From: Eledone cirrhosa
Taxonomy: Eukaryota
Assembly (NCBI GenBank): GCA_964016885.1
Contig: OZ024741.1
Span: forward strand, 405,728,001-405,792,000
Direction of reading: 5' to 3'
DNA length: 64,000 bases
Below, piece after piece: positions 13,784 to 27,336 of this stretch. The notes under the pieces are model-generated. The model was not told the DNA's origin, did not search any database, and saw only the letters and a list, made by a program, of their open reading frames with translations. Numbering within the stretch: the first letter of the stretch is position 1; each line of letters starts with the position of its first letter. The translations under genes and the position numbers were made by a program.

Positions 13784-16700
13784 CTGAAAGTATTTAGGTT
13801 CATACTGCCTGGTCTATTTCAGGTTATTGAGACTGGGAGAATTGTAGACTAGCTGAAAGTATTTAGGTTCATACTGCCAGTTCTATTTCAGGTTATTGAG
13901 ATTATAAGAATTGTAGACTAGCTGAAAGTATTTAGGTTCATACTGCCTGGTCTATTTCAGGTTCTTGAGATTGGAAGAATTGTAGACAAGCTGAAAGCAT
14001 TTAGGTTCATACTGCCAGGTCTATTTCAGGTTATTCAGATTAGGAAGAATTGTAGACTAGCTGAAAGTATTTAGGTTCATACTGCCTGGTCTATTTCAGG
14101 TTATTGAGCTTAGGGAGAATTGTAGACTAGCTGAAAGTATTTAGGTTCATACTGCCTGGTCTATTTCAGGTTATTGAGTTTAGGGAGAATTGTAGACTAG
14201 CTGAAAATATTTAGGTTCATACTGCCTGGTTAATTTCAGGTTATTGAGATTAGGAAGAATTGTAGACTAGCTGAAAGTATTTAGGTTCATACTGCCTGGT
14301 CTATTTCAGGTTATTGAGATTAGGGAGAATTGTAGACTAGCTGGAAGTATTTAGGTTCATACTGCCTGGTCTATTTCAGGTTATTTAGATTAGGGAGAAT
14401 TGTAGACTAGCTGAAAGTATTTAGGTTCAAACTGCCTGGTTTATTTTAGGTTATTGAGATTAGAAGAATTGTAGACTAGCTCAAAGTATTTAGGTTCATA
14501 CTGCCTGGTTTATTTCAGGTTATTGAGATTGGAAGAATTGTAGACAAGCTGAAAGCATTTATGTTCATACAGCCTGGTTTATTTCAGCTTATTGAGATTA
14601 GAGAGAATTGTAGACTAGCTGAAAGTATTTAGGTTCATACTGCCTGGTTTATTTCAGGTTATTGAGATTATAAGAATTGTAGACTAGAAGAAAGTATTTC
14701 GGTTCATACTGCCTGGTGTATTTCAGGTTATTGAGATTTGAAGAATTGTAGACTAGCTGAATGTATTTAAGTTCATACTGCCTGGTTTATTTCAGGTTAT
14801 TGAGATTAGGGAGAATTGTAGGCTAGCTGAAAGTGTTTAGGTTCATACTGCCTGGTCTATTTCAGGTTATTGAGATTATAAGAATTGTAGACTACCTGAA
14901 AGTATTTAGGTTCATACTGCCTGGTAATTTCAGGTTATTGAGATTAGGGAGAATTGTAGACTAGCTGACAGTATTTAGGTTCATACTGCCTGGTCTATTT
15001 CAGGTTATTGAGATTCGGAGAATTGTAGACTAGCTGACAGTATTTAGGCTCATACTGCCTGGTTTATTTCAGGTTATTGAGATTAGGGAGAATTGTAGAC
15101 TAGCTGAAAGTATTTAGGTTCATACTGCCTGGTCTATTTCAGGTTATTGAGATTAGGAAGAATTGTAGACTAGCTGAAAGTATTTAGGTTCATACTGCCT
15201 GGTCTATTTCAGGTTATTGAGATTAGGAAGAATTGCAGACTAGCTGAAAGTATTTAGGTTCATACTGCCTGGTCTATTTCAGGTTATTGAGATTAGGGAG
15301 AATTGTAGACTAGCTGAAAGTATTTAGGTTCATACTGCCTGGTTTATTTCAGGTTATTGAGATTGGAAGAATTGTAGACAAGATGAAAATATTTAGGTTC
15401 AAACTGCTTGGTCTATTTCAGGTTCTTGAGATTGCAAGAATTGTAGACTAGCTGAAAGCATTTAGGTTCATACTGCCTGGTTTATTTCAGGTTATTGAGA
15501 TTAGAGAGAATTGTAGACTAGCTGAAAGTATTTAGGTTCATACTGCCTGGTTTATTTCAGGTTATTGAGATTATAAGAATTGTAGACTAGAAGAAAGTAT
15601 TTAGGTTCATACTGCCTGGTATATTTCAGGTTATTGAGATTGGAAGAATTGTAGACTAGCTGAAAGTATTTAGGTTCATACTGCCTGGTTTATTTCAGGT
15701 TATTGAGATTAGGGAGAATTCTAGGCTAGCTGAAAGTATTTAGGTTCATACTGCCTAGTTTATTTCAGGTTATTGAGATTATAAGAATTGTAGACTAGCT
15801 GAAAATATTTAGGTTCATACTGCCTGGTTTATTTCAGGTTATTGAGATTCGGAGAATTGTAGACTAGCTGACAGTATTTAGGTTCATACTGCCTGGTCTA
15901 TTTCAGGTTATTGAGACTGGGAGAATTGTAGACTAGCTGAAAGTATTTAGGTTCATACTGCCTGGTCTATTTCAGGTTATTGAGACTGGGAGAATTGTAG
16001 ACTAGCTGAAAGTATTTAGGTTCATACTGCCAGTTCTATTTCAGGTTATTGAGATTATAAGAATTGTAGACTAGCTGAAAGTATTTAGGTTCATACTGCC
16101 TGGTCAATTTCAGGTTCTTGAGATTCGGAGAATTGTAGACTAGCTAAAAGTATTTAGGTTCATACTGCCTGGTCTATTTCAGGTTATTGAGATTAGGAAG
16201 AATTGTAGACTAGCTGAAAGTATTTAGGTTCATACTGCCTGGTCTATTTCAGGTTCTTGAGATTGGAAGAATTGTAGACAAGCTGAAAGCATTTAGGTTC
16301 ATACTGCCTGGTCTATTTCAGGTTATTCAGATTAGAAGAATTGTAGACTAGCTGAAAGTATTTAGGTTCATACTGCCTGGTCTATTTCAGGTTATTGAGC
16401 TTAGGGAGAATTGTAGACTAGCTGAAAGTATTTAGGTTCATACTGCCTGGTCTATTTCAGGTTATTGAGTTTAGGGAGAATTGTAGACTAGCTGAAAATA
16501 TTTAGGTTCATACTGCCTGGTTAATTTCAGGTTATTGAGATTAGGAAGAATTGTAGACTAGCTGAAAGTATTTAGGTTCATACTGCCTGGTCTATTTCAG
16601 GTTATTGAGATTAGGGAGAATTGTAGACTAGCTGGAAGTATTTAGGTTCATACTGCCTGGTCTATTTCAGGTTATTTAGATTAGGGAGAATTGTAGACTA

Positions 16701-19700
16701 GCTGAAAGTATTTAGGTTCAAACTGCCTGGTTTATTTCAGGTTATTGAGATTAGAAGAATTGTAGACTAGCTCAAAGTATTTAGGTTCATACTGCCTGGT
16801 TTATTTCAGGTTATTGAGATTGGAAGAATTGTAGACAAGCTGAAAGCATTTATGTTCATACAGCCTGGTTTATTTCAGGTTATTGAGATTAGAGAGAATT
16901 GTAGACTAGCTGAAAGTATTTAGGTTCATACTGCCTGGTTTATTTCAGGTTATTGAGATTATAAGAATTGTAGACTAGAAGAAAGTATTTCGGTTACTAC
17001 TGCCTGGTGTATTTCAGGTTATTGAGATTTGAAGAATTGTAGACTAGCTGAATGTATTTAAGTTCATACTGCCTGGTTTATTTCAGCTTATTGAGATTAG
17101 GGAGAATTGTAGGCTAGCTGAAAGTATTTAGGTTCATACTGCCTGGTTTATTTCAGGTTATTGAGATTATAAGAATTGTAGACTAGCTGAAAGTATTTAG
17201 GTTCATACTGCCTGGTTTATTTCAGGTTATTGAGATTCGGAGAATTGTAGACTAGCTGACAGTATTTAGGTTCATACTGCCTGGTCTATTTCAGGTTATT
17301 GAGACTGGGAGAATTGTTGACTAGCTGAAAGTGTTTAGGTTCATACTGCCTGGTCTATTTCAGGTTATTGAGACTGGGAGAATTGTAGACTAGCTGAAAG
17401 TATTTAGGTTCATACTGCCTGGTTTATTTCAGGTTATTGAGATTCGGAGAATTGTAGACTAGCTGAAAGTATTTAGGTTCATACTGCCTGGTCTATATCA
17501 GGTTATTGAGATTATAAGAATTGTAGACTACCTGAAAGTATTTAGGTTCATACTGCCTGGTAATTTCAGGTTATTGAGATTAGGGAGAATTGTAGACTAG
17601 CTGACAGTATTTAGGTTCATACTGCCTGGTCTATTTCATGTTATTGAGATTCGGAGAATTGTAGACTAGCTGAAAGCATTTATGTTCATACAGCCTGGTT
17701 TATTTCAGGTTATTGAGATTAGAGAGAATTGTAGACTAGCTGAAAGTATTTAGGTTCATACTGCCTGGTTTATTTCAGGTTATTGAGATTATAAGAATTG
17801 TAGACTAGAAGAAAGTATTTCGGTTCATACTGCCTGGTGTATTTCAGGTTATTGAGATTAGGGAGAATTGTAGACTAGCTGAATGTATTTAAGTTCATAC
17901 TGCCTGGTTTATTTCAGCTTATTGAGATTAGGGAGAATTGTAGGCTAGCTGAAAGTATTTAGGTTCATACTGCCTGGTTTATTTCAGGTTATTGAGATTA
18001 TAAGAATTGTAGACTAGCTGAAAGTATTTAGGTTCATACTGCCTGGTTTATTTCAGGTTATTGAGATTCGGAGAATTGTAGACTAGCTGACAGTATTTAG
18101 GTTCATACTGCCTGGTCTATTTCAGGTTATTGAGATTATAAGAATTGTAGACTAGAAGAAAGTATTTCGGTTCATACTGCCTGGTGTATTTCAGGTTATT
18201 GAGATTATAAGAATTATAGACTACCTGAAAGTATTTAGGTTCATACTGCCTGGTAATTTCAGGTTATTGAGATTAGGGAGAATTGTAGACTAGCTGACAG
18301 TATTTAGGTTCATACTGCCTGGTCTATTTCAGGTTATTGAGATTCGGAGAATTGTAGACTAGCTGAAAGCATTTATGTTCATACAGCCTGGTTTATTTCA
18401 GGTTATTGAGATTAGAGAGAATTGTAGACTAGCTGAAAGTATTTAGGTTCATACTGCCTGGTTTATTTCAGGTTATTGAGATTATAAGAATTGTAGACTA
18501 GAAGAAAGTATTTCGGTTCATACTGCCTGGTGTATTTCAGGTTATTGAGATTAGGGAGAATTGTAGACTAGCTGAATGTATTTAAGTTCATACTGCCTGG
18601 TTTATTTCAGGTTATTGAGATTAGGGAGAATTGTAGGCTAGCTGAAAGTATTTAGGTTCATACTGCCTGGTTTATTTCAGGTTATTGAGATTATAAGAAT
18701 TGTAGACTAGCTGAAAGTATTTAGGTTCATACTGCCTGGTTTATTTCAGGTTATTGAGATTCGGAGAATTGTAGACTAGCTGACAGTATTTAGGTTCATA
18801 CTGCCTGGTCTATTTCAGGTTATTGAGACTGGGAGAATTGTTGACTAGCTGAAAGTATTTAGGTTCATACTGCCTGGTCTATTTCAGGTTATTGAGATTA
18901 TAAGAATTGTAGACTACCTGAAAGTATTTAGGTTCATACTGCCTGGTAATTTCAGGTTATTGAGATTAGGGAGAATTGTAGACTAGCTGACAGTATTTAG
19001 GTTCATACTGCCTGGTCTATTTCAGGTTATTGAGATTCGGAGAATTGTAGACTAGCTGACAGTATTTAGGCTCATACTGCCTGGTTTATTTCAGGTTATT
19101 GAGATTAGGGAGAATTGTAGACTAGCTGAAAGTATTTAGGTTCATACTGCCTGGTCTATTTCAGGTTATTGAGATTAGGAAGAATTGTAGACTAGCTGAA
19201 AGTATTTAGGTTCATACTGCCTGGTCTATTTCAGGTTATTGAGATTAGGAAGAATTGTAGACTAGCTGAAAGTATTTAGGTTCATACTGCCTGGTCTATT
19301 TCAGGTTATTGATATTAGGGAGAATTGTAGACTAGCTGAAAGTATTTAGGTTCATACTGCCTGGTTTATTTCAGGTTATTGAGATTGGAAGAATTGTAGA
19401 CAAGATGAAAATATTTAGGTTCAAACTGCTTGGTCTATTTCAGTTTCTTGAGATTGCAAGAATTGTAGACTAGCTGAAAGCATTTAGGTTCATACTGCCT
19501 GGTTTATTTCAGGTTATTGAGATTAGAGAGAATTGTAGACTAGCTGAAAGTATTTAGGTTCATACTGCCTGGTATATTTCAGGTTATTGAGATTGGAAGA
19601 ATTGTAGACTAGCTGAAAGTATTTAGGTTCATACTGCCTGGTCTATTTCAGGTTATTGAGATTCGGAGAATTGTAGACGAGCTGAAAGTATTTAGGTTCA

Positions 19701-21479
19701 TACTGCCTGGTATATTTGAGGTTATTGAGATTGGAAGAATTGTAGACGAGCTGAAAGTATTTAGGTTCATACTGCCTGGTTTATTTCAGGTTATTGAGAT
19801 TTGAAGAATTGTAGACGAGCTGAAAGTATTTAAGTTCAAACTGCCTGATTTATTTCAGGTTATTTAGATTTGAAGAATTGTAGACTAGCTGAAAGTATTT
19901 AAGTTCATACTGACTGGTTTATTTCAGGTTATTGAGATTAGGGAGAATTGTAGGCTAGCTGAAAGTATTTAGGTTCATACTGCCTGGTTTATTTCAGGTT
20001 ATTGAGACGGGGAGAATTGTAGACTAGCTGAAAGTATTTAGGTTCATACTGCCTGGTCTATTTCAGGTTATTGAGACTGGGAGAATTGTAGACTAGCTGA
20101 AAGTATTTAGGTTCATACTGCCTGGTTTATTTCAGGTTATTGAGATTCGGAGAATTGTAGACTAGCTGCACGTATTTAGGTTCATACTGCCTGGTCTATT
20201 TCAGGTTATTGAGATTATAAGAATTGTAGACTAGCTGAAAGTATTTAGGTTCATACTGCCTGGTCTATTTCAGGTTATTGAGACTGGGAGAATTGTAGAC
20301 TAGCTGAAAGTATTTAGGTTCATACTGCCTGGTCTATTTCAGGTTATTGAGATTATAAGAATTGTAGACTAGCTGAAAGTATTTAGGTTCATACTGCCTG
20401 GTTTATTTCAGGTTATTGAGATTCGGAGAATTGTAGACTACCTGAAAGTATTTAGGTTCATACTGCCTGGTTTATTTCAGGTTATTGAGATTAGGGAGAA
20501 TTGTAGACTAGCTGAAAATATTTAGATTCATACTGCCTGGTCTATTTCAGGTTATTGAGATTAGGGAGAATTGTAGACTACCTGAAAGTATTTAGGTTCA
20601 TTCTGCCTGGTCTATTTCAGGTTATTGAGATTAGGGAGAATTGTAGACTAGCTGAAAGTATTTAGGTTCATTCTGCCTGGTCTATTTCAGGTTATTGAGA
20701 TTAGGGAGAATTGTAGACTAGCTGAAAGTATTTAGGTTGATACTGCCCGGTTTATTTCAGGTTATTGAGATTAGGGAGAATAGAAGACTAGCTGAAAGTA
20801 TTTAGGTTCAAACTGCCTGGTTTATTTCAGGTTATTGAGACTGGGAGAATTGTAGACTAGCTGAAAGTATTTAGGTTCATACTGCCTGGTTTATTTCATG
20901 TTATTGAGATTGGGAGAATCGTAGACTAGCTGAACATATTTAGGTTCATACTGCCTGGTTTATTTCAGGTTATTGAGATTAGGGAGAAGTGTAGACTAGC
21001 TGAAGGTATTTAAGTTCATACTGCCTGATCTATTTCAAGTTATGGAGATTGGAATAATTGTAGACTAACTGAAATTATTTAGGTTCATACGGCCTGGTTT
21101 ATTTCAGGTTATTGAGATTAGGGAGAATTGTAGCCAAGCTGAAATTATTTAGGTTCATACTGCCTGGTTTATTTCAGTTTATTGAGACTGGGAGAATTGT
21201 AGACTAGCTGAAAGTATTTAGGTTCATACTGCCTGGTTTATTTCAGGTTATTGAGACTGGGAGAATTGTAGACTAGCTGAAAGTATTTAGGTTCATACTG
21301 CCTGGTTTATTTCATGTTATTGAGATTGGGAGAATCGTAGACTAGCTGAACATATTTAGGTTCATACTGCCTGGTTATTTCAGGTTATTGAGATTAGGGA
21401 GAATTGTAGACTAGCTGAAAGTTTATAGGTTCATACTGCCTGGTTTATTTCAGGTTATTGAAATTGGGAGAATTGTAGA

Positions 21480-23330
21480 CTAGCTGAAAGTATTTAGGTT
21501 CATACTGCCTGGTTTATTTCAGGTTATTGAGACTGGGAGAATTGTAGACTAGCTGAAAGTATATAGGTTCATACTGCCTGGTTTATTTCAGGTTATTGAA
21601 ATTGGGAGAATTGTAGACTAGCTGAAGGTATTTAGGTTCATACTGCCTGGTTTATTTCAGGTTATTGAGACTGGGAGAATTGTAGACTAGCTGAAAGTAT
21701 ATAGGTTCATACTGCCTGGTTTATTTCAGGTTGTTGAAATTGGGAGAATTGTAGACTAGCTGAAAGTATTTAGGTTCATACTGCCTGGTTTATTTCAGGT
21801 TATTGAGATTGGGAGAATTGTAGACTAGCTGAAAGTATTTAGGTTCATACTGCCTGGTCCATTTCAGGTTATTGAGATTGGAAGAATTGTAGACTAGCTG
21901 AACATATTTAGGTTCATACTGCCAGGTCTATTTCAGGTTATTGAGATTGGAAGAATTGTAGACTAGCTGAAAGTATTTAGGTTCATACTGCCTGGTTTAT
22001 TTCAGGTTATTGAGATTAGGTAGAATTGTAGACTAGCTGAAAATATTTAGATTCATACTGCCTGGTCTATTTCAGGTTATTGAGATTAGGGAGAATTGTA
22101 GACTACCTGAAAGTATTTAGGTTCATTCTGCCTGGTCTATTTCAGGTTATTGAGATTAGGGAGAATTGTAGACTAGCTGAAAGTATTTAGGTTGATACTG
22201 CCTGGTTTATTTCAGGTTATTGAGATTGGGAGAAACGTAGACTAGCTGAAAGTTTTTAGGTTCATACTGCCTGGTTTATTTCAGGTTATTGAGATTAGGG
22301 AGATTAGAAGACTAGCTGAAAGTATTTAGGTTCAAACTGCCTGGTTTATTTCAGGTTATTGAGACTGGGAGAAGTGTAGACTAGCTGAAAGTATATAGGT
22401 TCATACTGCCTGGTCTATTTCAGGTTATTGGGATTAGGGAGAAGTGTAGACTAGCTGGAAGTATTTCGGTTCATACTGCCTGGTTTATTTCAGGTTATTG
22501 AGATTAGGGAGAATTGTAGACTAGCTGAAAGTATTTAGGTTCATACTGCCTGGTTTATTTCAGGTTATTGAGACTGGGAGAATTGTAGACTAGCTGAAAG
22601 TATATAGGTTCATACTGCCTGGTTTATTTCAGGTTATTGAAATTGGGAGAATTGTAGACTAGCTGAAGGTATTTAGGTTCATACTGCCTGGTTTATTTCA
22701 GGTTATTGAGACTGGGAGAATTGTAGACTAGCTGAAAGTATATAGGTTCATACTGCCTGGTTTATTTCAGGTTGTTGAAATTGGGAGAATTGTAGACTAG
22801 CTGAAAGTATTTAGGTTCATACTGCCTGGTTTATTTCAGGTTATTGAGATTGGGAGAATTGTAGACTAGCTGAAAGTATTTAGGTTCATACTGCCTGGTC
22901 CATTTCAGGTTATTGAGATTGGAAGAATTGTAGACTAGCTGAACATATTTAGGTTCATACTGCCAGGTCTATTTCAGGTTATTGAGATTGGAAGAATTGT
23001 AGACTAGCTGAAAGTATTTAGGTTCATACTGCCTGGTTTATTTCAGGTTATTGAGATTAGGTAGAATTGTAGACTAGCTGAAAATATTTAGATTCATACT
23101 GCCTGGTCTATTTCAGGTTATTGAGATTAGGGAGAATTGTAGACTACCTGAAAGTATTTAGGTTCATTCTGCCTGGTCTATTTAAGGTTATTGAGATTAG
23201 GGAGAATTGTAGACTAGCTGAAAGTATTTAGGTTGATACTGCCTGGTTTATTTCAGGTTATTGAGATTGGGAGAAACGTAGACTAGCTGAAAGTTTTTAG
23301 GTTCATACTGCCTGGTTTATTTCAGGTTAT
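21480..23330. repeat. Nested duplication with 1,041-bp (~15 monomer) offset inside the large block, repeated at +15470
   Basis: TTGTTGAAAT at 21731/22772 and AGAAACGTAG at 22231/23272. Confidence 0.88.
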
Positions 23331-23759
23331 TGAGACTGGGAGAAGTGTAGACTAGCTGAAAGTATATAGGTTCATACTGCCTGGTTTATTTCAGGTTATT
23401 GAGATTGGAATAATTGTAGACGAGCTGAAAGTATTTAGGTTCATACTGCCTGGTCCATTTCAGGTTATTGAGATTGGAAGAATTGTAGACTAGCTGAACA
23501 TATTTAGGTTCATACTGCCTGGTCTATTTCAGGTTATTGAGATTAGGGAGAAGTGTAGACGAGCTAAAAATATTTAAGTTCATACTGCCTGGTCTATTTC
23601 AAGTTATGGAGATTGGAAGAATTGTAGACTAACTGAAAGTATTTAGGTTCATACTGCCTGGTTTATTTCAGGTTATTGGGATTAGGGAGAATTGTAGACA
23701 AGCTGAAATTATTTAGGTTCATAGTGCCTGGTTTATTTCAGGTTATTGTGATAGGAGAA

Positions 23760-26700
23760 TTGTAGACTAGCTGAAAGTATTTAGGTTCATACTGCCTGGT
23801 TTATTTTATGTTATTGAGACTGGGAGAATTGTAGACAAGCTGAAAGTATTTAGGTTCATACTGCCTGGTCCATTTCAGGTTATTGAGATTGGAAGAATTG
23901 TAGACTAGCTGAAAGTATATAAGTTCATACTGCCTGGTTTATTTCAGGTTATTGAGATTGGAAGAATTGTAGACTAGCTGAAAGTATTTAGGTTCATACT
24001 GCGTGGTTTATTTCAGGTTATTGCGATTGGGAGAAGTGTAGACTAGCTGAAAGTATATAGGTTCATACTGCTTGGTTTATTTCAGGTTATTGAGATTGGG
24101 AGAATTGTAGACTAGCTGAAAGTATTTAGGTTCATACTACCTGGTTTATTTCAGGTTATTGAGATTGGAAGAATTGTAGACTAGCTGAAAGTGTTTAAGT
24201 TCATACTGCCTGGTTTATTTCAGGTTATAGAGATTAGGAACAATTGTAGACTAGCTGAAAGTATTTAGGTTCATACTGCCTGGTTTACTTCAGGTTATTG
24301 CGATTAGGGAGAATTGTAGACTAGCTGAAAGTATTTAGGTTCATACTGCCGGGTTTATTTCAGGTTATTGAAATTAGGGTGAATTGTAGACAAGCTGAAG
24401 GTATTTAGGTACATACTGTCTGGATTATTTCATGTTATTGAGATTTGAAGAATTGTAGACTAGGTGAAAGTATATAGGTTCATACTGCCTGGTTTATTTC
24501 AGGTTATTGAGACTGGGAGAAGTGTAGACTAGCTGAAAGTATATAGGTTCATACTGCCTGGTCTATTTCAGGTTATTGAGATTAGGGAGAATTGTAGACT
24601 AGCTGAAAGTATTTAGGTTCATACTGCCTGGTCTATTTCAGGTTATTGAGACTGTGAGAAGTGTAGACTAACTGAAAGTATATAGGTTCATACTGCTTGG
24701 TTTATTTCAGGTTATTGAGATTGGGAGAATTGTAGACGAGCGGAAAGTATTTAGGTTCATACTGCCTGGGTAATTTCAGGTTATTGAGATTAGGGAGAAT
24801 TGTAGACTAGCTGAAAGTATTTAGGTTCATACTGCCTGGTTTATTTCAGGTTATTGAGATTAGGGAGAATTGTAGACGAGCGGAAAGTATTTAGGTTCAT
24901 ACTGCCTGGTTTATTTCAGGTTATTGAGATTTGAAGAATTGTAGACTAGCTGAAAGTATTTAGGTTCATACTGCCTGGTCTATTTCAGGTTATTGAGATT
25001 AGGGAGAACTGTAGACTAGCTGAAAATATTTAGTTTCATACTGCCTGGTCTATTTCAGGTTATTGAGATGAGGGAGAATTGTAGACTAGCTGAAATTATT
25101 TAGGTTCATAATTCCTGGTCTATTTCAGTTTATTGAGATTAGGGCGAACTGTAGACTAGCTGAAAGTATTTAGGTTCATACTGCCTGGTCAATTTCAGGT
25201 TATTGAGATTAGGGAGAATTGTAGACTAGCTGAAAGTATTTAGGTTCATACTGCCTGGTTTATTTCAGGTTATTGAGATTGGTAGAATTGTAGACTAGTT
25301 GAAAGTATATAGGTTCATACTGCCTGGTTTATTTCAGGTTATTGAGACTGGGAGAAGTGTAGACTAGCTGAAAGTATATAGGTTCATACTGCCTGGTTTA
25401 TTTCAGGTTATTGAAATTGGGAAAATTGTAGACTAGCTGAAAGTGTTTAAGTTCATACTTCCTGGTTTATTTCAGTTATTGAGATTGGAAAAATTGTAGA
25501 CTAGCTGAAAGTATTTAGGTTCAAACTGCCTGGTTCATTTCAGGTTATTGAGATTAGGGAGAATTGTAGACTAGTTGAAAGTATTTAGTTTCATACTGCC
25601 TGGTTCATTTCAGGTTATTGAGATTAGAGAGAATTGTAGACTAGCTGCACGTATTTAGGTTCATACTGCCAGGTCTATTTCAGGTTATTGAGATTAGGGA
25701 GAATTGTAGACTAGCTGAACGTATTTAGGTTCATACTGCCCAGTCTATTTCAGGTTATTGAGATTAGGAAGAATTGTAGACTAGCTGAAAGTATTTAGGT
25801 TCATACTGCCTGGTTTATTTCAGGTTATTGAGATTAGGAAGAATTGTAGACTAGCTGAAAATATTTAGGTTCATACTACCTGGTTTATTTCAGGTTATTG
25901 AGATTAGGAAGAATTGTAGACTAGCTGAAAGTATATAGGTTCATACTGCCTGGTTTATTTCAGGTCATTGAGATTGGGAGAATTGTAGACTAGCTGAAAG
26001 TATTTAGGTTCAAACTGCCTGGTTTATTTCAGGTTATTGAGATTGGGAGAATTGTAGACTAGCTGAAAGTATTTAGGTTCATACTGCCTGGTTTATTTTA
26101 TGTTATTGAGACTGGGAGAATTGTAGACTAGCTGAAAGTATTTAGGTTCATACTGCCTGGTCCATTTCAGGTTATTGAGATTGGAAGAATTGTAGACTAG
26201 CTGAAAGTATATAAGTTCATACTGCCTGGTTTATTTCAGGTTATTGAGATTGGAAGAATTGTAGACTAGCTGAAAGTATTAAGGTTCATACTGCGTGGTT
26301 TATTTCAGGTTATTGAGACTGGGAGAAGTGTAGACTAGCTGAAAGTATATAGGTTCATACTGCTTGGTTTATTTCAGGTTATTGAGATTGGGAGAATTGT
26401 AGACTAGCTGAAAGTATTTAGGTTCATACTACCTGGTTTATTTCAGGTTATTGAGATTGGAAGAATTGTAGACTAGCTGAAAGTGTTTAAGTTCATACTG
26501 CCTGGTTTATTTCAGGTTATAGAGATTAGGGAGAATTGTAGACTAGCTGAAAGTATTTAGGTTCATACTGCCTGGTACATTTCAGGTTATTGAGATTGGA
26601 AGAATTGTAGACTAGCTGAAAGTGTTTAAGTTCATACTGCCTGGTTTATTTAAGGTTATAGAGATTAGGAAGAATTGTAGACTAGCTGAAAGTATTTAGG

Positions 26701-27330
26701 TTCATACTGCCGGGTTTATTTCAGGTTATTGAAATTAGGGTGAATTGTAGACAAGCTGAAAGTATTTAGGTACATACTGTCTGGATTATTTCAGGTTATT
26801 GAGATTTGAAGAATTGTAGACTAGCTGAAAGTATATAGGTTCATACTGCCTGGTTTATTTCAGGTTATTGAGACTGGGAGAAGTGTAGACTAGCTGAAAG
26901 TATATAGGTTCATACTGCCTGGTCTATTTCAGGTTATTGAGATTAGGGAGAATTGTAGACTAGCTGAAAGTATTTAGGTTCATACTGCCTGGTCTATTTC
27001 AGGTTATTGAGACTGTGAGAAGTGTAGACTAACTGAAAGTATATAGGTTCATACTGCTTGGTTTATTTCAGGTTATTGAGATTGGGAGAATTGTAGACGA
27101 GCCGAAAGTATTTAGGTTCATACTGCCTGGTTTATTTCAGGTTATTGAGATTAGGGAGAATTGTAGACGAGCGGAAAGTATTTAGGTTCATACTTCCTGG
27201 TCTATTTCAGGTTATTGAGATTAGGGAGAACTGTAGACTAGCTGAAAATATTTAGTTTCATACTGCCTGGTCTATTTCAGTTTATTGAGATTAGGGAGAA
27301 TTGTAGACTAGCTGAAAGTATTTAGGTTCA
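23760..27330. repeat. Older nested duplication with ~2.3-kb offset and a one-monomer indel
   Basis: TTATTTTATG at 23801/26093 (offset 2292) and ACATACTGTCTGGATT at 24411/26772 (offset 2361 = 2292+69). Several substitutions separate the copies. Confidence 0.85.
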
Positions 27331-27336
27331 TACTGG

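Larger units (their letters stand above)
16308..27336. repeat. Large block, copy 1 (11,029 bp, ~159 monomers)
   Basis: CGGTTACTAC at 16991/28020/32461, ATTGAGACGG at 20001/35471 and TACTGGCTGG at 27331/31772/42801 give offsets of 11029, 4441 and 15470. Confidence 0.94.
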
